From NCBI GenBank assembly GCA_046761065.1, contig JBHIFL010000035.1, positions 1 through 45,111 on the forward strand: DNA of 45,111 bases, given 5' to 3'. This DNA is from Candidatus Heimdallarchaeota archaeon. Its GTDB lineage: Archaea; Asgardarchaeota; Wukongarchaeia; Wukongarchaeales; JBHIFL01. Within the stretch, counting starts at the first letter, position 1, and each line of letters opens with the position of its first letter. Positions 20,193-29,014 of this stretch are shown piece after piece. The notes beneath the pieces were generated by a model. It did not search any database. It worked only from the letters and a program-made list of their open reading frames with translations, and was not told the origin of the DNA. Made by a program: the position numbers and the translations under genes.

Positions 20193-21482
20193 ATGGTGTC
20201 TCATTTGCAGCCATCTCGAAAATATACGCTAGCCGCTTGGACGGAAATGATCCCGGAATCCGAAATCCGAAGATTGCTAGCATTTAAAGTGCGTTTCTTT
20301 TTTGGTGGGGGGAAGCCCGGAGCGCTCCCCACTGGCATCTTTTCCATGATCTTAGAGGAATTGAGCCAGCGGTATCGACTCCCTCCAGATGGAGCTAAGT
20401 CCGCTTTAGCGGATTTGAACTATGGGCCAACCGGCGGCGAGCCGTGGTTCAGACAAACGTTGGCAACACGCCTTCGAGAACGGGATCAATTGAGTCTTGA
20501 TGCCGACGAGGGCTGGCAAGATGTCGTCATCACAAATGGCTCGCAGCAATGCCTCTATACCTTGTTAGATTCAATCATCAATCCTGGAGATATCATTCTA
20601 ACCGCACGACCAGCCTATCTCGGGTTCTTGGTCCCGGTGGTTAAGTTAGGTGGCGAGATTGTTACCGTCCGAACCGACCTTGAGGGGATTATTCCGGAAT
20701 GTGTGGAAGCAGCGATCCGCGCCTGCCAGAGGGAACTCCACAAAACGCCCGAACTCCTTTACGTTGTCGCTGATAGCGATAATCCAAAGGGGACCACTCT
20801 CCCCGAAAAACGGCGAAAACAGTTGTATGATCTTGCGGAAACTTACAACATAATTATTCTTGAGGATGCAGCTTATAAGGAGATTCAATTTCAGGAGCGT
20901 GTACCGCCGATCAAAAGATTAGATACCGAAAATGAGCGGGTGTGTTACTTATCCACCACTTCTAAAGAGGCGGCCGTGCTTCGAGTGGGCTATTCGGTTC
21001 TACCTCCAAAATTACGAGATGAAGTGATTAAGGACAAAGGTTACATCGATGCATGTTCATCCACCCTGATCCAGAGGATCCTTGACATCTATTACCGCGC
21101 GTACATCGATCAAGCCTTATCGGAAACGGTAGCTGTCTACAAGAAACGACGGGATGCGATGTGCTCCGCGATGGATGAGTCCTTCCCTGCAGGCGTGAGA
21201 ACGGATCCCCACGGGGGCTTCTTTGTGTGGTGGGAGAGTGAGAAACCCTTTGATGCGACAGTCTTCCTCGAACAAGTCGCCATTCCGAATGACATCCTGT
21301 ACGTTCCTGGAAAAGCCTTTTACCCGTTGAAAGGGTGCGCATTCCACATGACAACGGATAAACTTGGAGAAAACATTGTGCATACCAACTCCATGCGGTT
21401 GAGCTATAGTTACATGGAACCCGAAAAGATCACTACTGGAATATATCATCTTGGGGAGTTATTGACTAAAGAACTGAGTTAA
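20193..21482 (+). CDS. PLP-dependent aminotransferase, class I/II, copy 2
   Basis: Same motifs; close paralog of copy 1 with long identical DNA blocks. Confidence 0.92.
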   Translation: MVSHLQPSRKYTLAAWTEMIPESEIRRLLAFKVRFFFGGGKPGALPTGIFSMILEELSQRYRLPPDGAKSALADLNYGPTGGEPWFRQTLATRLRERDQLSLDADEGWQDVVITNGSQQCLYTLLDSIINPGDIILTARPAYLGFLVPVVKLGGEIVTVRTDLEGIIPECVEAAIRACQRELHKTPELLYVVADSDNPKGTTLPEKRRKQLYDLAETYNIIILEDAAYKEIQFQERVPPIKRLDTENERVCYLSTTSKEAAVLRVGYSVLPPKLRDEVIKDKGYIDACSSTLIQRILDIYYRAYIDQALSETVAVYKKRRDAMCSAMDESFPAGVRTDPHGGFFVWWESEKPFDATVFLEQVAIPNDILYVPGKAFYPLKGCAFHMTTDKLGENIVHTNSMRLSYSYMEPEKITTGIYHLGELLTKELS

Positions 21483-21486
21483 GTGA

Positions 21487-22554
21487 CTAAGATTCTGTCT
21501 TCTGAAGGAGTTCAATGAAGGCCTCCACCCGTGTTCGCAGTTGCCCCCTACCTGTCAGGGTATAACTGGTCTCGAAGACCAACACAGGGACATCAGCCGC
21601 TTGCAAGACCTTGTGAACTGTTACATTATCGATATGATAGGAGTCACAAAACTTCAGCTGATGCAACATCACCCCTTCTACTTGGTATTTTTTAATCAAT
21701 GTACGAAGATACTCGAGTCGTTTCTCCCGAGGTACTTTCGCGGAAAGAATCGGTTTCGTTAGATACCGGGTTGCTATGTCATGCAGGGGATCCCGTGTTA
21801 CGTCAATTGAAGTCCAATAATAACGAGAGCCCACACATAGATCATCTGCGACCACGCTAATTCCGAGATCCTCAATAAACCGAATCAATGCTGAATCGTC
21901 GATTATTGATCCCGAAAGGAGAATTCTAGGTTTTCGATCTCCTATGAGGTCACGGTGGGATAATTCGTTGTATTTTCGCCTCAGAATTTCGTTAACTTCT
22001 TCTTTTGCAGTAGTCTGGCTCATTCGAACGAGTTTGTGCAATTCAGTTCCCGATACAAGCGGTGGGTCCTTCTTTCGTAGCTCGGAGATCTTTCGAAGCC
22101 ATTCTCTGGTCTCATTACAGAGCTCTATACTCCTCTGTAGGTCATCCTGAGTGATTTCTTTTCCCACAAGTTCTTCGAGAGAGGATTTAAAATGAGTAAG
22201 TTCATTTATGAAGAATTTTTTTGCCGTCTCTCCTTCGGTAGTAAGTGGGACATGGAGATAATATAGATACCCTAGGTTCACATGTTTTTTCCAAAGATCG
22301 TAGAATTGGTTGGTAATGTCACATCCATGGGAAATCACGACACCCGCAAAATCCGCATAAAACCCTTTGAGGGCTAAATCTAGGCAACTTCGTGCGAATG
22401 GGCAGAAATGGCTTTGTACATAAGTATCTACGAGGGTAGAAGCCTTTGCTTGGCTCCCAAAAAGCCGCACAGGAATTAGATCTGCGGCTAAAATGAGTTC
22501 TTCTGGTGTATAAGTACAACTATCGAAATACCCGAGCTTTATACTCCCTGACAT
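21487..22554 (-). CDS. 2-hydroxyacyl-CoA dehydratase / benzoyl-CoA reductase family subunit (HgdB/FldC/BzdN-like)
   Basis: YTPEELILAA, FCPFARS, HGCD, VVADDLCVGSRY, KFCD, GQLRTRVEAFIE. Confidence 0.9.
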   Translation of the reverse strand: MSGSIKLGYFDSCTYTPEELILAADLIPVRLFGSQAKASTLVDTYVQSHFCPFARSCLDLALKGFYADFAGVVISHGCDITNQFYDLWKKHVNLGYLYYLHVPLTTEGETAKKFFINELTHFKSSLEELVGKEITQDDLQRSIELCNETREWLRKISELRKKDPPLVSGTELHKLVRMSQTTAKEEVNEILRRKYNELSHRDLIGDRKPRILLSGSIIDDSALIRFIEDLGISVVADDLCVGSRYYWTSIDVTRDPLHDIATRYLTKPILSAKVPREKRLEYLRTLIKKYQVEGVMLHQLKFCDSYHIDNVTVHKVLQAADVPVLVFETSYTLTGRGQLRTRVEAFIELLQKTES

Positions 22555-22572
22555 GATAGTTTCTCCTTCTTT

Positions 22573-23325
22573 TTATTTCTTCATTTCAAGGTGAGTAATG
22601 GATCGTTGGATAGTGCCAATATGTTCTTTTTCGTGTTCGATGAAGCGGCGGAGGACTTTATGAAGGGTCCAAGGCTCATCGGGGTGGCTGGTATACTCAG
22701 CTCGTGTGAAGGTGCCACGTTTCATTTTAGGGTAGATTATTTTGAGAGTTTGGACTGCAACTTGTCTGACTGTGGTAAGGCGATTGAGGGTAGGAAGAGT
22801 ATCAAGCTGAGCCTTAGAGACACCAGTGGCTTGTCTATAAATGGCGTCAGCGTTACGACCAAAACGGGAGATATACCACTCTTCTGTATTGGCAATATGC
22901 TGGATGTCGCTGTCAATAGGGCGTTTATTAGGTATATTTCGCTGATTCCAAGTGGCAACAGGAAGGGTAGTTACAAGTTGAAGAAGATCCTGGCGGGTCC
23001 ATGACATGAGTGTAAGGCAATTGTCGAAAGTTTGCCGGGTGACTGGAATGTTGTCAGTCTTGAAAAGAGCGACAGTGCCACCGCTTTTTCCCAGTTGAGT
23101 AACGCCACGGATTTCCTCAGCGATATTGAAGATAATCGTCGTCTGGGATGAGATGGGACGTTGGCCTTTAGCAACAAGCCAGTTAAGGTGATTTTGAATA
23201 ACTGTGGGAATTTCTTGTAGAATAACGTCTTGGTTGTGGCTACGAGTGAAGCAGCCGAGAAGTTCAGCAACATGAACATACCAGATGCCACCTCCTTCCT
23301 CGAAATTGAGTGAGTATTGAGCCAT
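22573..23325 (-). CDS. DinB family protein with an N-terminal HicB-like segment
   Basis: HIANTEEWY and WTLHKVLRRFIEHEKEH His triad; N-terminal HVAELLGCFT; AAGGTGA RBS. Confidence 0.8.
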   Translation of the reverse strand: MAQYSLNFEEGGGIWYVHVAELLGCFTRSHNQDVILQEIPTVIQNHLNWLVAKGQRPISSQTTIIFNIAEEIRGVTQLGKSGGTVALFKTDNIPVTRQTFDNCLTLMSWTRQDLLQLVTTLPVATWNQRNIPNKRPIDSDIQHIANTEEWYISRFGRNADAIYRQATGVSKAQLDTLPTLNRLTTVRQVAVQTLKIIYPKMKRGTFTRAEYTSHPDEPWTLHKVLRRFIEHEKEHIGTIQRSITHLEMKK

Positions 23326-23772
23326 TGATTGATCACCTTTTTATGGGAGTTAGTCTGGTTTCTTAAAAAATACTCTGTTTAAAGGTTCAAAGGTTCAATA
23401 AGCCGAATCTGAGGATGAATTGGTTTGGTAAGTTTTTGGATTCATTTGAGAAAACCCAAATACGCAATTTGAAAATAATAACTCCTTTTGATAATTAGAA
23501 TGTTGCGGATTTTAAGTAGAAGGAACATGAATCTTGTTAGGTACTTCTTAGAGAAGAATTTAATGAACTTTGATCAGTTGTTATTGTTAAAGAAAGAATA
23601 AAGCCATTGATCATTTAAATATAAAATCACGTTTACCAAACTGATTATTTTCCTAGTCACTACGTGGATAGGTGTCGAAAAAAATTATAATTTTGATCGA
23701 AAAATATATATATAATAAAAAAAATGTCTTGTTAGATAATAATCTTAATAGATTGAAAGATGCATTTCAAAG

Positions 23773-24522
23773 GTGGCATATAAGATGATCAGGAGAGGAA
23801 AAAAATTAAGATTTCGTTCTCCCTCCTTTGTTAATCGCATGGGCGCCGTTCTTTTAGATTCAGAATCGGCTTTCAGAGCAATGATCCATGAACGGGCGAG
23901 TTTGTTTCAAGCAATTCTCATCATGTTCTCTATCGCATTCCTGACCGGAGGGATCCAGATCATCCATCTGGATCGAATTTTGCGATGGCTTGTGGTCATC
24001 CTTCAGCCACCTTACTCAAATCTAGATTCAATAGCTCCAGGGTTTGTGGAATTCCTCCAAGAAATTGAAATAGATTATCCAGAGCCCCCATTAATAAGTT
24101 GGATTATCCTAGGAGCTGCTTTCGTGTCATCAATTATTTATTTCTTTTTTTGGTTCTTATGGGCTACTATTTCATTTATTCTAGCTCGCCTATTTTTCAA
24201 TGGAACTGGATCATGGAGTAATGATCTATGCTTGTTTGCATATTGCTCTGTAGTTGATGTGTTTGTTCTAGTTGTAGGGCTTATAATGTTAGTTGCCCAT
24301 CCAATAGTTGCACTAGGAGCGAGCCTTTTAACACCGATTATTCTATTAACGTGGAAGGTTGTTATGGCTGTACAAGCCCTCAAAGAAAATCACGGACTTC
24401 CCACTGCTCATGCATTCTATTGTGTTTTTTTGATTCCACTAGGGATTCCATTATTGCTCATTTTTCTCGTGGGAGCGATGTACACGGTTCCCTCATTGAG
24501 TTTGATGTTGGGGGTGATTTGA
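23773..24522 (+). CDS. Yip1-domain membrane protein
   Basis: About 5 TM segments; 'ARLFFNGTGSW...L..FAY' and 'W..V..V.ALKENHGL...A' match the prokaryotic Yip1 pattern. Confidence 0.75.
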   Translation: MAYKMIRRGKKLRFRSPSFVNRMGAVLLDSESAFRAMIHERASLFQAILIMFSIAFLTGGIQIIHLDRILRWLVVILQPPYSNLDSIAPGFVEFLQEIEIDYPEPPLISWIILGAAFVSSIIYFFFWFLWATISFILARLFFNGTGSWSNDLCLFAYCSVVDVFVLVVGLIMLVAHPIVALGASLLTPIILLTWKVVMAVQALKENHGLPTAHAFYCVFLIPLGIPLLLIFLVGAMYTVPSLSLMLGVI

Positions 24523-24729
24523 TTGCAAAAAGAAGCCATAATTGGTTGGATGATCGTACTCGTTATGCTATGCTCATTAGTTGTCATTTCTTATTACATT
24601 CAAAGTCATGGAGGCTTGTCCTCACAGGCTGCATCCTTTACCTTTCCAGAAATTAATACCTTAATCAGTAAGATTTCTACTAATTCTAATTGGTGGTGTG
24701 ATCATGGTAAATCAAATTGGGAAAAATGA
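24523..24729 (+). CDS. Small single-TM or secreted hypothetical protein
   Basis: GGGGTGA RBS; TTG directly follows the Yip1 stop; one hydrophobic helix; overlaps the next gene. Confidence 0.5.
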   Translation: MQKEAIIGWMIVLVMLCSLVVISYYIQSHGGLSSQAASFTFPEINTLISKISTNSNWWCDHGKSNWEK

Positions 24730-25372
24730 GCCCTTGAAGGCAAAGCGTGTGATGGAAGCTGTTAGTGATGAGAAACGCCTTGAAATCATTCATGTGCTAC
24801 TTAAGAACGGGCAAATGACGGCCAGTCAAATCTCACAAGCCGTTCAAATCACTGTCCCAACCGTCTTGCATCATCTAGCTCTTCTCGCTGGAGCAGAGAT
24901 CATCCAGTTCAAATATGTAAAGCTCGATAGCGTCGGTCGGGAAGTAAAACATTGGTATGTAGTCGATCCTCTCATATACCTCCAACTTGACCTTGAAACG
25001 TTCTCACTCATAAGATCATGGGAGAACATTCAAGATCTTGCACTTCAATACATCAATGCCGAACGGACAAAACAACTCCTACCCCCTCCTGGAGGGTTTC
25101 GGATAGGCGATATCAAGGAAGCCCTACGTGCCGATTCTCGAGTAGCTGAAGTAGTGTTTGATTGGCTTATGGAGAACACCGAAGAAATTGCCATGCATCT
25201 TGCATTAATTGCTCGAAAACTCTTTGAGGGCCTCCCATTGATAAGTATTGATGATCTCATGAAGAAGCTTCATATAGAGCAGGAATGGGCAATCGCTGTG
25301 TTAAATCAGCTGGTGAGATCTGGAGATTTCAAGCTCGTGGATATGACAACGATTGCCCCAACTCGGGAATAG
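24704..25372 (+). CDS. ArsR-family HTH transcriptional regulator with C-terminal extension
   Basis: AVSDEKRLEIIHVL...TASQIS...PTVLHHLALL..AEII...GREVKHWY winged HTH. ATG at 24704 follows GGTGGTG (ORF track starts at 24698). Confidence 0.85.
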   Translation: MVNQIGKNEPLKAKRVMEAVSDEKRLEIIHVLLKNGQMTASQISQAVQITVPTVLHHLALLAGAEIIQFKYVKLDSVGREVKHWYVVDPLIYLQLDLETFSLIRSWENIQDLALQYINAERTKQLLPPPGGFRIGDIKEALRADSRVAEVVFDWLMENTEEIAMHLALIARKLFEGLPLISIDDLMKKLHIEQEWAIAVLNQLVRSGDFKLVDMTTIAPTRE

Positions 25373-25516
25373 GCACCGTGGCTCAACTCAGTATCACAAA
25401 TAGTTTTGAAGAAACAAGGAATGGGTATATTTTCTAAAGGAACATTGGAGGAAGAAACGGTTCCCGTGGTTCTTGTTATTTGTTGAGGCTTTAAAAACAA
25501 GTAAAGCTACGCCATG

Positions 25517-26008
25517 TCAATAGCGTTCCCTATGGATAAGGTCTCGTAGTTCCTTCCTAAACGGTTTTGAGGGAGATTCTTCTGGAAAGCCCAATGGTGT
25601 TACCGTAATAATGTAGAGCTCATTGGGAACCCCTAAGATCCGTTTTGTCTCTTTAGTATTGAGGTTAGCAATCCAACATGTTCCAAGACCCAATTCCCAT
25701 GCTGTAAGCATTATGTTGTGCGCGGCGCATGCACCATCAATAATATGGGTACTTGATTTGTGGGGATCAGTCACGATGGCAATTGCCACCGGTGCTTGGG
25801 CTAGAAAGCGTCCCCAAAATGAGAGTTCCGATAAGTGATTTCGTGTGTTCTGATCTTTTATCACAATGAACTCCCACGGTTGTGAGTTATCAGAACTCGG
25901 TGCCCACCGGCCTGCTTCTAGAACTCGCATGATCAACTCATCTGAAACCGGTTTTGTACTGTATTTCCTAATGCTCCTTCGTTCAATAATAGCTGCCTGA
26001 ACTTTCAT
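25517..26008 (-). CDS. Nitroreductase family protein
   Basis: RRSIRKY, APSSDNSQPWEFIV, GLGTCWI. Likely start MKVQ at 26008 after TGAGGT (ORF track starts at 26050). Confidence 0.92.
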   Translation of the reverse strand: MKVQAAIIERRSIRKYSTKPVSDELIMRVLEAGRWAPSSDNSQPWEFIVIKDQNTRNHLSELSFWGRFLAQAPVAIAIVTDPHKSSTHIIDGACAAHNIMLTAWELGLGTCWIANLNTKETKRILGVPNELYIITVTPLGFPEESPSKPFRKELRDLIHRERY

Positions 26009-26156
26009 GAACGACCAAACCTCACATTCAGACTTTCTGGCAGTATACATCCTCTTTTTTTATTGATTCTATTCTTCCAATATGAAAAAATGTCAATGTT
26101 CTAATAGGTCTACACATAGCGTTATTTGCGTTTGAGTGTTTGTTCTTTTTAGAGTT

Positions 26157-26357
26157 CTAGAGTTTCATGGGATTACATAGGTTTTCGGCTTTTGCTGCGA
26201 CACGCCCACAGTCCTGACATACGTAATTCGCTGGAGATACAAGCTGCTTAACTCTGTTTAAGTCGATTTTTGTCAACAGGTTTTCACGGACAACCATAAA
26301 ACACAAATGATTCTTATGTTCCGGGGGGAAATGGGACCCGGCGGGTAAGTCAACCAA
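26157..26357 (-). CDS. Small Cys/His-rich putative metal-binding protein, copy 2
   Basis: HKNHLC...CQDCGRVAAKAENLCNP; GAGGTGA RBS; paralog of the neighbour. Confidence 0.8.
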   Translation of the reverse strand: MVDLPAGSHFPPEHKNHLCFMVVRENLLTKIDLNRVKQLVSPANYVCQDCGRVAAKAENLCNPMKL

Positions 26358-26382
26358 CAGATATCACCTCAAATATGGAAAT

Positions 26383-26571
26383 CTAGAGTTTTATGGGATG
26401 GCACAAGTTCTCGGCCCTTTTTGCGGCCCGTCCACAAGTAGAACAAACAAAATTTGCTTTTGAAACGAGATCTACAAGGGTTTTTAAATCCTTTTCCATA
26501 AGTATTCCTTCTCTTGCGACCAGATAGCAGAGATGTCGTTTATGATCATCAGAATAGAACGGTTCAGACAT
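26383..26571 (-). CDS. Small Cys/His-rich putative metal-binding protein, copy 1
   Basis: HKRHLC...CSTCGRAAKRAENLCHP; AAGGTGA RBS. Confidence 0.8.
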   Translation of the reverse strand: MSEPFYSDDHKRHLCYLVAREGILMEKDLKTLVDLVSKANFVCSTCGRAAKRAENLCHPIKL

Positions 26572-26625
26572 GTTATCACCTTAGTTTGAATATTATTGAA
26601 TAAAGTAATTATTTTTAGTATCTTA

Positions 26626-27783
26626 AGAGTCACTTCTAAAAATGGGTTTTCCCTTTTGTCTAAAAATTATGCTCCCATCGGAAGGAGAATAATGTCGGGG
26701 CCTTATGTGGATATTGAGCAACGATGACAATTTCCACAAGATCCCTATTTGAAGAGGAGCGCCAGCTCCTATTTGAATTTCTCGACTCCGACAGCTTCGT
26801 GGCCAAGAGAGCCCAGCTCCTGCTCTTGTCCACGGAAGACCTTTCTCCCCCCAAAATCCAATCATTGGTCGATCTCCATGTCAAAACGGTGCGGAAGTGG
26901 ATCAAACGGTTCAACACCGAAGGCTTCCCAAGGCTCCTGAAGAAAGGTGGGAGCAGGCCCCTCACCTTTGCCCCCGCTGTCAGGAAGCGCATTGTTGAGG
27001 TGGCTCTGACCCAACCGGAGGAGCTCGCCTTCCCGTTCTCCACCTGGAGCCTGTACTCATTACGAACTTACCTGATCCAGGAGAAGGTCAGTGGGGATAT
27101 CTGTCCAGAAACCCTCCGAACCATTTTTGTGGAAGTGGGCCTCCGGTGGAGGCCGCACAAGACGTGGCTTTGGATCTCCGACCCACACTACGAAGTGAAG
27201 AAGCAGCAGGTCCTAGCTCTGTATAAAACCCCGACAGAGGACGTCATGGTCTTGTATGTGGACGAGAAGGGATCGATTGCCGCCAAAACTTATGGAGGGA
27301 GGAACTGGGCCGCGAAGAAGGAGGTGGTTGCGAGGAATCAAAAGATCAAAGGTAAAGTAATGTTGTTCGGCGCGTACAACCCGCACACCAAGGAGTTGCT
27401 GGGTCGGACTGCCGAACGGAAAGATGCGGAAGCCTTCCTTGCATTCCTCGCCGCCTTCGAAAAGGAGATCTCTGGGAAAAAACAGGTGATTTTGGACAAT
27501 TGTAGCGCCGATCATGCCAAGAAAGTGAAGGAATGGCTCAACGCGCATCCCACTCTTGAGCTTGTGTTTCTACCTACTAGTTCGCCCCACTTAAACAGGA
27601 TTGAGCAGGTGTTCGGAGATCTCCAGCGGGAATGTCTCAACAACCGCTCCTTCGAGGCACCGGACAAGGTGGAGGCGGCCCTGACGACCTACATCGCCTA
27701 TTTCAACACCCAGAGAAGAGCCCTGCTGAAAGGAGCCACAAATTATAAGTTAAAAAGGAATACCTATTTTTAGAAATGACTCT
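26626..27783 (+). mobile_element. IS630-family insertion sequence
   Basis: Imperfect terminal inverted repeats: left AGAGTCACTTCTAAAAATGGGTTTTCC, right (reverse complement) AGAGTCATTTCTAAAAATAGGTATTCC. Flanked by TA at 26624-26625 and 27784-27785; interior is more GC-rich than the flanks. Confidence 0.92.
26724..27773 (+). CDS. IS630-family DDE transposase
   Basis: N-terminal HTH (TVRKWIKRFN.EG), WSL..L, catalytic YVDE / ILDN / SPHLNRIE. The stop codon lies inside the right inverted repeat. Confidence 0.93.
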   Translation: MTISTRSLFEEERQLLFEFLDSDSFVAKRAQLLLLSTEDLSPPKIQSLVDLHVKTVRKWIKRFNTEGFPRLLKKGGSRPLTFAPAVRKRIVEVALTQPEELAFPFSTWSLYSLRTYLIQEKVSGDICPETLRTIFVEVGLRWRPHKTWLWISDPHYEVKKQQVLALYKTPTEDVMVLYVDEKGSIAAKTYGGRNWAAKKEVVARNQKIKGKVMLFGAYNPHTKELLGRTAERKDAEAFLAFLAAFEKEISGKKQVILDNCSADHAKKVKEWLNAHPTLELVFLPTSSPHLNRIEQVFGDLQRECLNNRSFEAPDKVEAALTTYIAYFNTQRRALLKGATNYKLKRNTYF

Positions 27784-27884
27784 TAAGGAAGAATCATTTG
27801 ATATATTCAATCTCTTTATTGAATTTAATGTATCGAAACAGTTGTGATTAGTCCATATTGGAAATTGAAAGCAGAAGATACTCG

Positions 27885-28465
27885 TTATAACGCTTTACTA
27901 ACACTACAGGGGATTCTGCTCAATATAGTTAAGGCCTTCTCCTTGTTGTAGAAACCACTGTCTGTCAAGAGGTCAATATTTGCACTTTTCTACCCGTATA
28001 AAGTATTTACTTCTTGTTTCGGAAATAACCACCCATAATTGACATAGATTACACGTGTATTAGTCATTTTCGCTTTTTGTCGGATCTCACCCTTCGTTGT
28101 CTTGATGTTAATCCATTCATTACCTTCGATATTGTATTTACGTGCTGTTTCAGGATGTATCTCTACATAGGGAGTTGATTCGCGATTTCTTAATGCGTGA
28201 ATTTACCTGTGAGCGGAATGGAAATAGTTGGGGCTTTTTAAGGATGTCATAATCAATGGAAATTGATCACCCATATTAGAGATATTCTCATAAGTGGGTT
28301 ACGGGTCATATCCCATCTCTTTAAGTTTAGAGGAGTAGAGTTCAACTTTTTTGGAAGGAGTTCGAAATCCCAAGTGTACATATTTTCTATAGCCTAAAGG
28401 ACTGGATAACATACCACGTTCTTTTAAGTCTTGATAAGTAAGCCCATTTATAGCTACAAGCTTTT
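27885..28465 (-). pseudogene. C-terminal remnant of a molybdopterin/tungstopterin oxidoreductase (DMSO reductase family, acetylene hydratase-like)
   Basis: Manual translation in one frame: GLTYQDLKERG...GFRTPSKKVELYSSKLKEMGYDP*PTY...FPLIMT...YFHSAHR*IHALR...VEIHPETARKYNI...WINIKTTKGEIRQKAK...YGWLFP...YG*KSANIDLLT. Stops at 28299, 28203 and 27990. Confidence 0.85.
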
Positions 28466-29014
28466 TTTAACGCTCTCATTCCCGATGGTGTTCTTGAATC
28501 TTTAATCGTTTATTTTGGCATCATGGGGTTAATTGTTGGTGTCACGATGAAATCATGTTAGATATAGGTGATGAAGTGGGAGTCAAAATGCTTGGCATTG
28601 AAACGTCCTCTACATGATTTGAGCTGAAACCATCTACAAAAGCACCTGTGATTCTCTACGGAATAATACAAATTACGGATCCTTTACCATTCTTCGTATG
28701 ATCGATTCTTGCCTCTATCTGGATTATCTCGTCCTCTTACTCATCCTCATTCCAATTGTATCCTATTTTTTTATCTCTAAATCATTGTTGAGGAATTAAT
28801 CACAAAAGAATATATTCAGATTGAAGGAAAGAATCGTTTTGATCATACATAACGGTAGTATAGCTTATTAATCGGGGTTTTGCTTTGATTATGGAAGTCT
28901 TTGTCAACTATGATATTTGTAGAATACGGCAAAGCGAGCATTCCTGAGTCGGTAAATTGAAAAAGTTACCCTCATGGAAATCAAAGAATAAATATAGATT
29001 GAAGTCCTCTGTAA

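Noticed and set aside
27885-28465. In-frame stops in the Mo-enzyme relic and other relics as Sec/Pyl recoding or an alternative genetic code
   Set aside because: The stops are mixed TAA/TAG/TGA at positions expected to be Leu, Gln, Trp or Arg, other relics have frameshifts, and intact genes use all three stop codons normally.
28500-28800. Possible further gene remnant with a hydrophobic tail on the plus strand
   Set aside because: Interrupted by stops and no recognisable family.
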